A DNA stretch of 64,000 bases from assembly GCA_951406725.2 (NCBI GenBank), contig OX597823.1:75516001-75580000 (forward strand), read 5' to 3'. The notes under the pieces were generated by a model. The model had not been told where the DNA came from. It did no database searches and saw only the letters and a list, made by a program, of their open reading frames with translations. The position numbers and the translations under genes are program-made. Source of the stretch: Octopus vulgaris (taxonomy: Eukaryota). Shown here piece by piece: positions 39,901 through 55,080 of this stretch. Numbering within the stretch: the first letter of the stretch is position 1; the number at the start of each line of letters is the position of its first letter.

Positions 39901-41370
39901 ATTCTCTGAATATGAAATCGTCCTTTTCTTGTGCGAGAGACACAAAATTATCTCTAAAACATATGCGACAATAATTACACCTCTACTGAAAGCAGTCTGG
40001 TGTATATTGGCAGCATTAACTTTTACAAATATTAATGCTTATCCCAGAAGTTATCCCTACAACTTAATTCAACAGTTTTATATATATCGACAACATCCCT
40101 TGGTCATTAATTTCAAGTTTTATGTTCAAGAATGTTGCTATTTTTATGTTTTATGATTAAATGAAGTATACAGGAATCAAACCACCAATGCGGACTTTAT
40201 AAAATGTTATTGTCATTTCATAATTTATACATCATCTCCTTCACTAAATGTCTACGGAATACATAAAACTCGATAACAATTGCTATTGGTTAAATATATT
40301 CCTCACGTTTGGTATTGCAATTTAAATGCAGACTAGTCCTCTGAGCGAGATAGTATAGGAATTATAATAATGCATTTTATGTGCAAGATCGTAGACCTAA
40401 TTGATATTCATACATTTATTACCTGCTATAAATGTTACATGCAATTCAACTTTAAGAATATCAGGAAATGATTTATGTTGGTATTTATCCACTAAAATAG
40501 AAGGAAATGCTAATATAATGGCTTTCAACTCCGCTGGTTATTTCTTATGTGTTCATGTCTTGAAATGCGACTATTAATGAATATATATTACAGATAACAA
40601 TCAGTTACGGAATTTTATGTAAAACTCAAATATCGACATGTGACGTGCACTTCGTTTTTTTTTTTTGGAATATATAGTCATGTAAGGGAAAAATAACTTA
40701 TGGCACCATTTCCTAAAAGATTCATGCCTACGTAGTATTTCCTAAGAAGAAAACAGCATGTAATTACTGTTGATTTCAGATAAAATGTATCGCCTTATGC
40801 TAGACCCGAAAAATAAGCAGTCGTCAATTTTCCAGTGCTTTGCGTCTTCATCGTGGTTCTTAATACCTATATGAATGTATATAACTGGAAATAATGCAGG
40901 ATATGGCGTTTATAGCTTTTCACCATTGATACATTTTTGATACCAGTAATAAGAGATGAATTATCAGTGATTTTCAGTAACATATCAACTAATAAATGTA
41001 TATCACATGAACTAACACATGTATTTTTCAGTAATACATGAAATGAAATGTCGATCAACAATGATCGTGCGTTGCAGCAAAGAAACAGCCAATAAATAAA
41101 TAAATAAAACTCGAAGTTATAATATTTGTCGACGATATGTACCTATTGCATGACAAAATCACAAAAATACTGTGAATCACGTGCATATTTGCATTCATAA
41201 CTCATTTAATGGCGGAATGATCATATAATTTTGGCATATGTCATTCATAGCATTTTCTACAAAGATTAGTTAGGCACCCAGCGAGAACAAGCTAGAAAAT
41301 AATATAATAGCGATTTGGATTTGCGTTGCTCGTCATCCGTCAATACAACATCCTAAGAAAACGGTGAGAC

Positions 41371-41414
<44 letters not shown>

Positions 41415-41540
41415 TCACACACACCGAAAAAAAGCAAACACCCGCACATTCACACAAATGCGTGCATACAAGCATATATATAGATACATACATACATAAA
41501 TAAATGCATTATTATATATTTATATATATGTATACACGAT

Positions 41541-41600
<60 letters not shown>

Positions 41601-41647
41601 TGTATATGTGTTTGTGTATATATACACTCAGCTGGCAAAAATGAGTT

Positions 41648-41826
41648 GTACTTGTATTTCAAAGGGTCAGCCTTGTCACTCTCTGTGTCACGCTGATTAT
41701 CCCCGAGAATTACGTTAAGGGTACACGTGTCTGTGGAATGCTCAGCCATTTGCACGTTAATTTCACGAGCAAGCTGTTCCGTTGATCGTATCAGCTGGGA
41801 CCCTCGTCGTCGTAACCGGCGGAGTC
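41648..41826 (+). mobile_element. SINE family C tail type 2, 3' half (5' flank resembles family E body)
   Basis: Near identical to ~19817-19995 (TGTATTTCAAAGGG...CCCTCGTCGTCGTAACC). Lies between (TA)n tracts. Confidence 0.88.
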
Positions 41827-41827
41827 T

Positions 41828-41870
<43 letters not shown>

Positions 41871-42833
41871 TCAAAATAAGGATATCCAGAGGTAATAAGT
41901 CTGGATATCCTCGTTGCTTATTTTGATTTCGACCACCTTAATTTGAAATTGAATGGATAATAGCGTATTAAATTCTGGTGCCTCAAAAAGTACCATATTC
42001 ATCTGAATATATATCTAATTTATTCTTCTATGTTTTTGTTCTTATGCTTTCGTTTTTCATAGTGTCTACGTTTTATATTTTGATGACCTTATATCTCAAA
42101 AGATGAACGCGAGTGCTGTTTGTCTTGCATATGCTAAATACAAGTTAAATTATTATTTATTTGTTTATGATGTCATTTCTGTATTCTAAGTGTTGTCGAT
42201 ATGCTCAGATATCTTCTTAAGAGTACAATGAAGATTCACACAGTAAATAAAGCATAAGAAATATATATTTACAAAGCTGAGAAATCATACAGAATTTGTA
42301 TTATATTAAAAGATGCTCAAGCTTCCAAATTCTATGAGCAAACTATCGAAAACATCCATCCAACACACCTCATCATGCAGTAGAATTTATCATAATATTG
42401 CGCCGTCAGAAATGGTAAATTTTGTATCTTTCAAAACAATCAAGAACGGAAACAGCTTGTGAATAAACACATCTGACAAATCCGATTCTCGAGTACGCAT
42501 GTAAGAAGATAGATTTAATTACCATGTATATCCTTGTGCTACACGTGCAGAAATTGCGCAATTATCACATGATGACTCGCTACAATTTCAATTAAATGTA
42601 CGAAAATTAAGTCAAATATTGAAGCTATCATTTTCTTAGTATACAGGTATCGAATTCTTTCCAGTGTAATATACGTAACAAACGAAGTTTGACGGAAATT
42701 TTATGAAATGGTAGCTCATTATTTGTTTTAAATACAGACCTTTGCTTCGACCTCTACATTGAAAGCATGTGTGTATGTGTGTATGCTTGTGTGTGTGTGT
42801 ATGTGTGTGTGTGTGTGTATGTGTGTGTAATAT

Positions 42834-43190
42834 ACTCCTTTCCTCTTTTAAGGCATGCGGATTCGTTTACGCTGGAAACCACGGAGGTTTTCTCTCATTT
42901 CCACAGCATGCGGTGTTTCACATCGCCGCTCCTGTATGTGCCTTTTTCCCAGCTATTGGCTCATCTGGTGTATAAGGGAGTTTCATTCCGCTGCCCCTGT
43001 CAACACTTCATGTCGGGCAGTTGGTTCAGCTGGTATTGTGGAGAAGGGTTACTTTTGAAGTCATCTACTTCCACCGTAAGCACATTGCTTCATTTTTGTG
43101 CCCGGTCTTGAATTTAGAGGGGTGGATCATACCTTTGGTACAATGCAGTGGCGGCCACTTCTTGCACCTGTACAACATTCTACAACCAAG
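42834..43190 (-). mobile_element. Older CR1-type LINE 3' fragment related to 56046-58072
   Basis: ARSGRHCIVPKV and TVEVDDFKS..STIPAEPTARHE...AAE*NSLIHQM align to TGRHYIVPKI and KVDVVVFKS..SRVPDEPTSRQE...AISNSILHQV. Confidence 0.8.
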
Positions 43191-43202
43191 CACACACACA
43201 CG

Positions 43203-43234
<32 letters not shown>

Positions 43235-43236
43235 AG

Positions 43237-43276
<40 letters not shown>

Positions 43277-43343
43277 TTAAATATGAGAGTAGAAATTAAT
43301 ATTCATTAATTAATAATATTATAAATAATACATAAATATATGC

Positions 43344-43383
<40 letters not shown>

Positions 43384-43434
43384 CTACATATATATACATA
43401 TCTACATATATATACATATCTACATATATATGTA

Positions 43435-44055
43435 TATATACATGCATATAAGGGTACAAGATATAAAAAAAAACGTAGACAAAATGAGAAACGAGAATAT
43501 AAAAACATAAACATAAAAAACGAACATTTTTCGAACAACGAAAGAAACAAACAGAGAAACGAGACATGCAACATAAAGAGCATTCCCTTCATCAGTCGTC
43601 GCCTGTTTTATTTACTCCGCGTCTCGAAGGTAGGGACATGACACTGTTTCGTTAAAATAGTCCTTCCCGCAAAGCAAAGTAAATACAATGTTGGATTTTT
43701 TTTGCGGAGGGTGAAAGGGTTTAACTAAAACAGGATAGTGAGAACAAAACATTAAAAAGAAACGAAGACGAGGTGAAGTGGTGATTGCTGGAAAAACGAG
43801 CTTTGGGAAGAGGGAGGTAAAAGCACGTCTTGTCTTTAGGAAGAAGGTGGAAGAAGGAGAGATGGGCGGCCGTTGGACACGTTTGAGCAGCAGGAGAGAC
43901 AAGGCGGAAGAGAGAGAGAGAGAGAGAGAGAGAAAGCGGGAACGGTGAAGCAGAGAGGCGAAGAATAGGGAAAGGATGGCAGAGAAAAACAGGAAGGTAG
44001 AAGAAAAAATGAGGGAGATAGATAGAAAGAATACAGATAGAATAAGAGCGTACAT
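43435..44055 (-). mobile_element. Probable Penelope-like element 3' region
   Basis: Pyrimidine-rich on the minus strand, contains CTGATGAAGG, and ends CATTTTGTCTACG..TGTACCC.TATATGCATG at (TA)n. The same terminus recurs inverted at 44135-44185. Confidence 0.55.
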
Positions 44056-44183
44056 CGTAGTTATTAAGATAAAACTTACTTGGAAATGGATGTGTGGCGT
44101 TCGATCATATAATAATATAAATTATATATAAATGTCTCATTTTGTCTACGTTTTTTTATGCCCTGTACCCATATATGCATGAG

Positions 44184-44235
<52 letters not shown>

Positions 44236-46569
44236 TATGTACATATATGCATGTATATAGGCATATATTTATATATTATTCAGATTATTCTATGATCGAA
44301 CGCCACGCGTCCATTTCGAAGTATATATATATATATAGTAGGTTGAATATGTTAAATAGAATGTACTTTCGCTAACGTTGATTTTAGTATTCGGGGAGGT
44401 GTCATGTATATCGTGTTTACTTCAGTATGTTAAATTATTTGAAGAAACTCGGTGAAGTATATCTGACATTAACGGACTAATGTGACATGTGTCATGAAGG
44501 ATGTATGATATCATATACGGTAATTCAGAGAAATGTTTGTTGTTTTGTGTTGTTGCTTTTGGCTTTGCTTTGAACTTCCACAACTATCGTTAAAAGCGTT
44601 GAAACTCTCTCCAGTCCACTTTCCTAACAACATGGACTATATTTCCCCGGTATATATGTGTATGTAGAATCATAATTGGGTTCTAATTATTTCATTTTAA
44701 GCGATCACTCGAATTCCCCATTGATAATTATCTTTCCTCAAAGAACTAGCTGTCGCTTTTATACACATCTGACAAAGAAGAAAGCTAATAAAATGCTATT
44801 CAGCACTGAGCATCACATCTTTGTCCTTGTGTATGATTATATATCAGAGTATGCGTCGTCTTTATTAAGCATTAATGCAGTTTATGTGGCTCATGTTTGA
44901 TTTGGTATTTGAGTTCAATGTCTAAGTTTCGTAACTGAGGATAACAGTATTTGGGGGCACATATCCTTTTTATGTCGTAGTTCGAACGTCCGTTATATTA
45001 GCCATCTACAATTTCCAATATTTGTTATTTTTTCCTCCCGTTCTAGATGATCTGGAATATAACCGCTCGGTAAAGGTATTCTTTGAATATATTTGAATCC
45101 AATGATACTCTATACTTTGTGGTTTTCCTCTTTTCAGGTTATATATAGTGAGATTTGTGATCAGAAAATCTAAGACAATCCAATGTTCCTGTTATTGCAA
45201 TCAGATATGCCGTTCAACATTTTAAAGTGCTACGATACAAGCAAGCGCACTAACATATGGATAATTATATAAAGCGAGAACAAATCAGTGAGTCAGATAT
45301 TGACGGATGTCAAATATTGACAGATGTAGAAAACGTAAATACCAAATGGAAAACATGATTCAATGAGCGTGTGCGATCATGTAAATGTTTGTATATACAA
45401 TGAGATCTTTGGAGGATGATCATTTAACCAAGGATGAATTTCATTGTATTAGAAAAAAATAATTTTAGCTGTTTAATACTTAAAGTCTGAAGAATGATGC
45501 TGTTTTCCGAACACTAAATACTACAATTATTAGCATATTTATGCAGGAAATTGTCGGAAAGTATCATCGATATATTGTAGAACCATCATGAAGAGTAACT
45601 AATTTACTATATGTATCAATAAATATCGTTTTAGAGATTGTGTCCAAAATAATTGGTATAGGATTTTAAAATGTAACTGATGTAAACGGATGTGATAAAA
45701 ATTCGAACGTCGCAGAACCAATTTCAAATATCCAAATAATAGTCAGACCTGTGTATATGAAGTGCATTGAACAGTGAGCTACTATTTTATGAATGTAACT
45801 TGTAGACAATTATATTTGTTTCTGATCAGTCGGATGCTAATATAAATTTTCATGTTTCATCAAACTTATATCAAAGTGACGCCATTTGATCAAAATCTCA
45901 AATATCAATATTATGCTTTTTCATCGAGATTCTGAAATATGGAATTCACGTACCGGTGTTCTGTATACATGTGGAGCAGAGCCACAGCTTACAGTATCAT
46001 GTATGTATAGAGCTCCATTCGTATAACCTGCTTAACATTGCTCAAACAAATTTCTTCCTTTTTAATCATAATTGGCATAACATCATACTGCCAAATACTA
46101 GCATATTTTCAAAGGGATATGATTCTGTTTATCATTAAAGAGCCTATGAATTATAATTACTGACTCTGTTCCTCATTTATTAAGCAGCTTTCTAATTAAA
46201 ATATCAAAAGTTTTCACATAACATATATTGTAACTAGTGATATAAAATTGTGCGTTTCCATTTGTTAGTTTAGCATGATTAAGGATAATTATGACAGGAC
46301 AATAACATAAAGCATTCAAAGAAAAACTATAACATATAACATATTAAGCACGCGAATATAAATCATTACCCTGATGAAAAAAAACAGATGTTTCGATAGC
46401 TGGAGTAAAACTTAAGAACTCAATGCTGTCTCCATGATACACATCGATGTATTTGTGTTTCCACGCAGGGGAATAAATTTTTACATATGCATTGAAATAA
46501 AATATATCAACTAACGATCTATAGATGCGAATATGAATACATGTTACATATATACATACAAGCGTATAT

Positions 46570-46765
46570 GTGACCTGATCAATAAGTATTAGGACTGTTG
46601 CCATGGTAACAAAGTTAAAGCACGCAGGGTGATGCCGCTTGGCAGAGATTGACCTTGAACTCCGCTGTGCATGCGAACTAAGTTTGACGTTCTATCTTAC
46701 TTCCGTTGTTTATGGTAGGGTATGGAAGGAACGAGTGTAGCGTGTGATTGTCGCATTGACTATGA
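46570..46765 (+). mobile_element. Mariner 5' end (TIR and 5' UTR), same family as 367-1146
   Basis: CTGATCAATAAGTATTAGGACTGTTGCCATGGTAA...TGTAGCGTGTGATTGTCGCATTGAC is the reverse complement of ~950-1146. Confidence 0.85.
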
Positions 46766-47099
46766 ATCTGCTTCAAACTTTGCAAAAAGCTTAGTGATGC
46801 ATACCAATAAACTGTTCACAGTCTGTCTACCCTATGTGAAAGGACTCTCCGAAAAGATACAAAATATATGCAACCCATATGACATCAAATCAGTATTCAA
46901 GAGTAATACAACACTTCGCAAATATCTCCTTCGAGTAAAACCACAGGAAAATACGAAAACTAAAAGAAGCAGCACATATGTTAGGACACAACAACCGCCT
47001 AATCTGACCGAGTGCAGATATGAGCAGCATATGGGTATTATGGAAGAATAGAAAAGTATTAGATTTATAAGCCCTAAAATTCGCTCCATAATTGCCCAC

Positions 47100-47170
47100 G
47101 AGCATATGGCGTACTGGTTAAGGGCGCGGGCTACTAACACCAATATTCCGAATTCGACTCCAAGCAGTGG
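47100..47170 (+). promoter_or_regulatory. tRNA-derived Pol III internal promoter-like segment (not a functional tRNA)
   Basis: A-box-like TGGCGTACTGG (47107-47117) followed by TTAAG, loop CTACTAA, and B-box-like AATTCGACTCC (47151-47161). Acceptor stem does not pair. Confidence 0.7.
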
Positions 47171-47179
47171 AATAATAAA

Positions 47180-47253
<74 letters not shown>

Positions 47254-47314
47254 CAACAACAACAACATCGAAAGATACCTTATGAGTGAGAACCCAGGTT
47301 CGAAATTTTCCTAA

Positions 47315-47360
47315 GACACCTGAAGAATGTTGGTGGCTATATCAACCGAAAAGTTGTGTT
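47315..47360 (+). ncRNA. Minimal type I hammerhead-like motif, degenerate
   Basis: ACAC-CTGAAGA-A-TGTTG...CAACC-GAAA-AGTT-GTGT. Stem I ACAC/GTGT is intact; stems II and III each carry a mismatch. Confidence 0.55.
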
Positions 47361-48411
47361 AACAACCAACAAGATGAGTATATATATCCGTCAAATGTAA
47401 ATAACGTGCATAGTTCCTCATCTCTTAAATATAGAACTGACTTAACCCTTTTCTGCGAAATTGCTGGTCGTATGCCACGACTTACGACATGATACGACTT
47501 GAAACCAATACGTCGTTAAACATTTCGTAGATGGAGTTTGTGAGCTGGATACTAACAACATCGAAAGTCTATATGCGTCTCTGAATGGTTAAACGGTCCC
47601 TCCATGATGTAATCTTCGTAGTTTAAAACACTTACCATATAATAAGTCGTGGGAAAATAATAAAGAAAATCCTGAAATATGAAGATTTATTGCAATAAAT
47701 TTCTGAATATATATTTTGAAATTTTACACTAACGTGAACATATAGATAAATAAATGCCATTCGCAGTTGCATTAAAACGGTTTAGTTTATATTGATGTAA
47801 TTTCTCAATCATTTATGTGTTATACATTATTTATTGCAGGAAATTTATTTTTTTTAGTGTAACAGAAACATTTATTTGCATACATTTTAAGGAAAGCATG
47901 TCAGTAATTTCAAAACAAAAAAAAAAAAGAACATCGGGAATATATTCAAATATTGATTTCAATAGCGCTTAAATTGTTTTGTTATAGCCCTCGGGTATTA
48001 GAGTTTTCAATGTGTTGTGAAAAATATATACAATTGAAGGGGCATCATTACAAATGCTTTCTGATTTCGTTTGACACGATCAGACATTTTCTTTACATAT
48101 ATATTTATGTGTCTGTATGTGTATGCATGTGTGTGTGTGTGTGTGCGTAAATGTAAGCATGCACGTATGTTTGTATGTAAATTCATTCAACAGTTAAAAA
48201 ACAATGGTGTTTATTTGTAGATTATAACATTTGTTTCTGCACTGGACACCAGATTTTAATTTCCTCGTTGATATAATTACTCATAAATACCTCTCTTTTA
48301 TTACAAATCACATCATTAATTTTGTGCCACACGTACATTGCTGTAGCGAGACAAAGACAAGAGTAGATGCGTTATAAGTGTAACAATAACTAAAATTTAA
48401 AAAATCAAGGC

Positions 48412-49233
<822 letters not shown>

Positions 49234-49580
49234 TCAATAAAAATAATAATACTTTCTCGAAAATAACTTTCACCTCACAAGGTGAATTCTCATTCCCCAG
49301 TCTTTAATCCATTCCTCTCTCTTCCCCTTCTCCTTCTTCGCCTTCTTCTCTTTCTCTCTCTCTGTCTCTCTATCTGCCTCTCCCTCTCTACAAATCACAA
49401 ATTTTAGCTGCTTTTAGGAATATGCTGGGCGTTTGTTTGTTTATCCTAATATAAAATACAAAGATATATCTAAAAAATGTATGTCATGTCTGTAACTTTT
49501 AATTTCTTTAATTTATTGCTGTGTCTTAAATGTAGAATTGAACTTAATTGTCCGTCCTCAGATTAAATTAATTGCTCGGA

Positions 49581-50318
49581 AGTAACTTTTAACTCACAAG
49601 ATAAATTATTATCCCCCCTCCCTCCCTAATTCATTCTTCGCTCTTTCTTCCTCTCTCTCCTTCTTCCACCTCCTTTCTCCTCTCTCTTTATCTGCCTCTC
49701 GCTCTATGTAAAGCACAATGTTTAGCTGCTACTAGAACCATGCTTGAGTTTTGTTTCTTTACAATGGAGAGTCCCAATAGAGCATCGAGTCTTTGCCTAC
49801 GACAGTACGTGAAAACTAATGAGTCTCACAGCCGTTCAGCCTGAGTTTCTGCTCCACTTCAACTTTCACCTAAATTAGACTGTTCCAACTCGTAACACAA
49901 TCTGACGTTGGGTGAATGCACTTCATGCACGAGGTACACTAATGAATAGGAGACCGGTGGGGGCGGCACGAACGGTACGGACCCCGAGAAATGTGGAACG
50001 CATCAGACAAGCTTTGATATGGAGTCCGAATCGCTCTGCTCGGAGGCATTCCTTTGGACTTGGAATCAGTAAAGCGTATTTTGTATGAAGAACAGCATTT
50101 CCACTCGAACTTAGTGTTTATTGGGCAACGGTTGAAAAAATGGGACTATGTACATCGGTTTAAATTCGAACGTCAAGTGGAAGCAAATTTTGAAGCAAAT
50201 GACAACTTCATTTTGTGCAAGAGTGATGAAACTCATTTTCATCTCAGTGGCATGTTCAATCAACAGAACTGTCGTTATTAGGCTCCTGAGTGTCCGAGAA
50301 AACTGCATGAAAGACCAC
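49581..50318 (+). mobile_element. Tc1/mariner transposase pseudogene 5' half (DUF4817-type HTH, rosa/DD41D-like)
   Basis: ATG near 49763. IEHRVFAYD, VPTRNTI*RWVN, RTVRTP, SPNRSARR, SDETHFHLSGMFNQQNCRY*. Cut off by Dong sequence at ~50320. Confidence 0.85.
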
Positions 50319-50319
50319 T

Positions 50320-51976
<1,657 letters not shown>

Positions 51977-52016
51977 ATTAATAATAATAATGATAATAAT
52001 AATAATAATAATAATA

Positions 52017-52058
<42 letters not shown>

Positions 52059-52789
52059 ATATACTCGAAATTCTAACTTGTCTCCTAGGGTAGACTTCGA
52101 GTCAACTTGTGCAAATGCAAAGTTTATCTGATTCAGGCATGCATCAGAAAATTTGAGGAACGATGTATCACGATAATACCGATCCAAAGTCTTAACTATT
52201 GCACCCATACGTATTAAAAGCAAAGTTAACCTCCACTAAAATATATGAGATCATGCAATTACATAATAAGTATTCTCCAGCGCTGTAACGCTTCTGCTAT
52301 CGTGTCACACTTGATCTATCAGCAATATACCGTTCGTCAAGTATACTTTGCAACTGAAACGGCATCAAAATTCAGCAGATTTATCTAATCTCCTATCTGT
52401 GTCCCTGTTTTACTCAGGAATTTATGCTCCACTTTATTCACCACATTTTACGTAATGTTATAATATATGCAAACGATTAGCTTTATCCGACTACATTAGT
52501 ATTTAGTGTCTATTAATTGACCCGAATAGAAATGAGTGTCAGATATCCATTTGGAGTTTATTAAAGCAGGAAGTACAAAAAAAAAAAAAGGCGACGGAGA
52601 AATGTAGGCAGAAACTTGTCAGTTCCTATAATTCTTTCTTGGTATTGAGGCCACCATTAATGCCATACATGTTAACACAATGAAGGACAATTATACATCA
52701 CGTTAACATACGAGGCACATCTAACAGTATATCTATCTATATATCTATCTATCTATCTATCCATATATTATCTATCTCTCTCTTTTTCT

Positions 52790-52836
<47 letters not shown>

Positions 52837-53168
52837 CACGTATTTATGTACACATATGTATAAACGTATATTTACATACGTGTATATATACAGATCTCTC
52901 TCTCTATATATATATATGTATGTGTGTGTATACATGAACATATAATATATATATATATATATATATGTATTTGTTTCCAAATATGAATTTATTTCCAATA
53001 AAACCAAAAGCATCAAATACATATAAATTTGACGTAAAGGCAGTTTTGTGTTGCATGTTACTTTTATTTCTATTTATATTTCACATAAACGTATAAAAAC
53101 ATTAGATTTTTTGGATACTTGCTTATATTTTCTCTTGATCGATAAATCAAAATTTACAATAATTTAGA

Positions 53169-53201
<33 letters not shown>

Positions 53202-53280
53202 AGGTGTAAGCAAATTAAAACATCATTGAAGTTGGTAGATTTGAAATATGCATTAAGAAAAGATTATTTTCAGTGCTTAT

Positions 53281-53343
<63 letters not shown>

Positions 53344-53964
53344 GTCTACGTATGTCTGTGTGTATGCACAGGCATATGTGTGAAATTGCGTATGTATGTA
53401 TGTATGTATACAATGTTTATTTCTTACTGAATTACCAATCATACGAAAATTTCTTTTGTAAATACATAAAATTATGATATTTATTGAGTTGTACTTTTTA
53501 AAATTTTTGTTGCGTTTTCCTTTTTATAATTCTTTTAATCAATATACTTCACAGTATGCGTGTTGAAATTTTAATTGTAATGGAAAAAATTTTTGCTCGC
53601 CACTTCTTTTCTTTTTACGTTTTCAAAAACTTGAACACTTCACGAATTTTTGTTGTACAATATCTTAGAATTTTTCTTTAAAAATTTTTAAGAGCGATTG
53701 CAAAGGATTGGTTAATGACGTTCAATAAAAAGAAAAAAAAAACCGAAGATATTTAACAAAATTTAATGATTGGTAAAGTAAGATAAATATACACGTAGTG
53801 ATAATATTGGTTTCTTCTCTTCACTTGAAGGGTGAAAAAAATTGGTTCATAAGACAGATTTTTTCTAAGGAGCTGAACCCTTCTATAAGATAATATATAT
53901 ATAAAGTATAATTTATCTCAGCACGCACTCGGGCGCGCTAATATATGCATATGCTGCTGAAGTG

Positions 53965-54125
53965 GGGAACCCATGGCTTAGTGGTTATGTTGCAGCGCTC
54001 AGGAAGACTAAGGTTTTGATTCTTGGAATGGTGATGCATTGTGTGCTTGAGCGAATCACTTGCATTCAGGTTGACCCAGTCCATCAGCTGTTGAATTTAA
54101 GTAATCCTGCTACAGACCGGCGTAC
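53965..54125 (+). mobile_element. Decayed tRNA-derived SINE (family E-like)
   Basis: TGGCTTAGTGGTTA...GGTTTTGATTC...TTGTGTGCTTGAGCGA. Confidence 0.55.
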
Positions 54126-54864
54126 TAGACTTATGTGTCTACGGCTCGTTAACGACCTTTGATCTTCGTTGTGGGGTATAAAAATTTATAAACTTCCATA
54201 TTTACATTTTAATCCTACTATGTTTAGTACATTGATAAATTCATATTATTATACATTATTTCATAATTTTTTTTTAATGTTTTAATAGATACCGAATGAA
54301 AGAATCATATTATACGGGGAACTGATAATTTCGATACAGTTAGGGAAAGGTGATCCACCAATGGGATGAAGGCAGCGATATTGAACAATATGCCAAAATT
54401 CCCACGCGTAAAATGATTCACTCTGCCAACTGCAAGAGTAGCGGAATTTAAATAGTCGATTAAAATAAATATTGTTTCAAAGGGAAACTATATTTGTCAT
54501 AATTACTAGGAGAATGCTGTCATTTAAAGGGCTCACACTTGTTACCTTGTATCAGATTCAGCAGCAAGTAATATTGGTTACGTGTCACTGACCTTTATCT
54601 AAAGAGATGTTTTGCTAAAGAATCTTCGATGAACCCCAATATTTTAAGTGAGTTTTATTTTATAAACGAACCCATTGTTGAAGTTCACCTGTCAGAATTA
54701 AAGCATGTCTAAAAAAAACTAGATTATATTTCATTATTATGTTCAGGCGAGTACTCAATCGATTGGAATGCGACTTCAATATGTGTGATGTCTAGCAATT
54801 CGAATACATGGAAGCATATGATCAAACATACATGCGTACGCATCTACTTAGCTCTCCCACTCCT

Positions 54865-54899
<35 letters not shown>

Positions 54900-54940
54900 C
54901 TGTATGTACGTATACATCTATATCAATCTATATACTGTAT

Positions 54941-55004
<64 letters not shown>

Positions 55005-55010
55005 TTTTAT

Positions 55011-55059
55011 ATTTTATTTAGTTTCAGCTCACGAGCTGTGGCAAAGCTGGGGCACCGCC
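55011..55059 (-). mobile_element. Very short CR1-type LINE 3' tail
   Basis: GTTTCAGCTCACGAGCTGTGGCAAAGCTGGGGCACCGCC resembles 56060-56097. Confidence 0.65.
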
Positions 55060-55080
55060 ATTTAAAATATTAGAAAAAAA

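Larger units (their letters stand above)
46800..47440 (+). mobile_element. Internally deleted Penelope/Poseidon-like element 3' portion with embedded tRNA-like head
   Basis: VCLPYVKGLSEKIQNICNPYDIKSVFKSNTTLRKYLLRVKP is the PLE thumb/linker motif. It is followed by a tRNA-like segment, (AAT)n and a hammerhead-like tail. Confidence 0.75.

Noticed and set aside
42312-42415. Candidate upstream exon for the 45047 micro-exon
   Set aside because: Weak acceptor, and the frame with the required phase contains stops.
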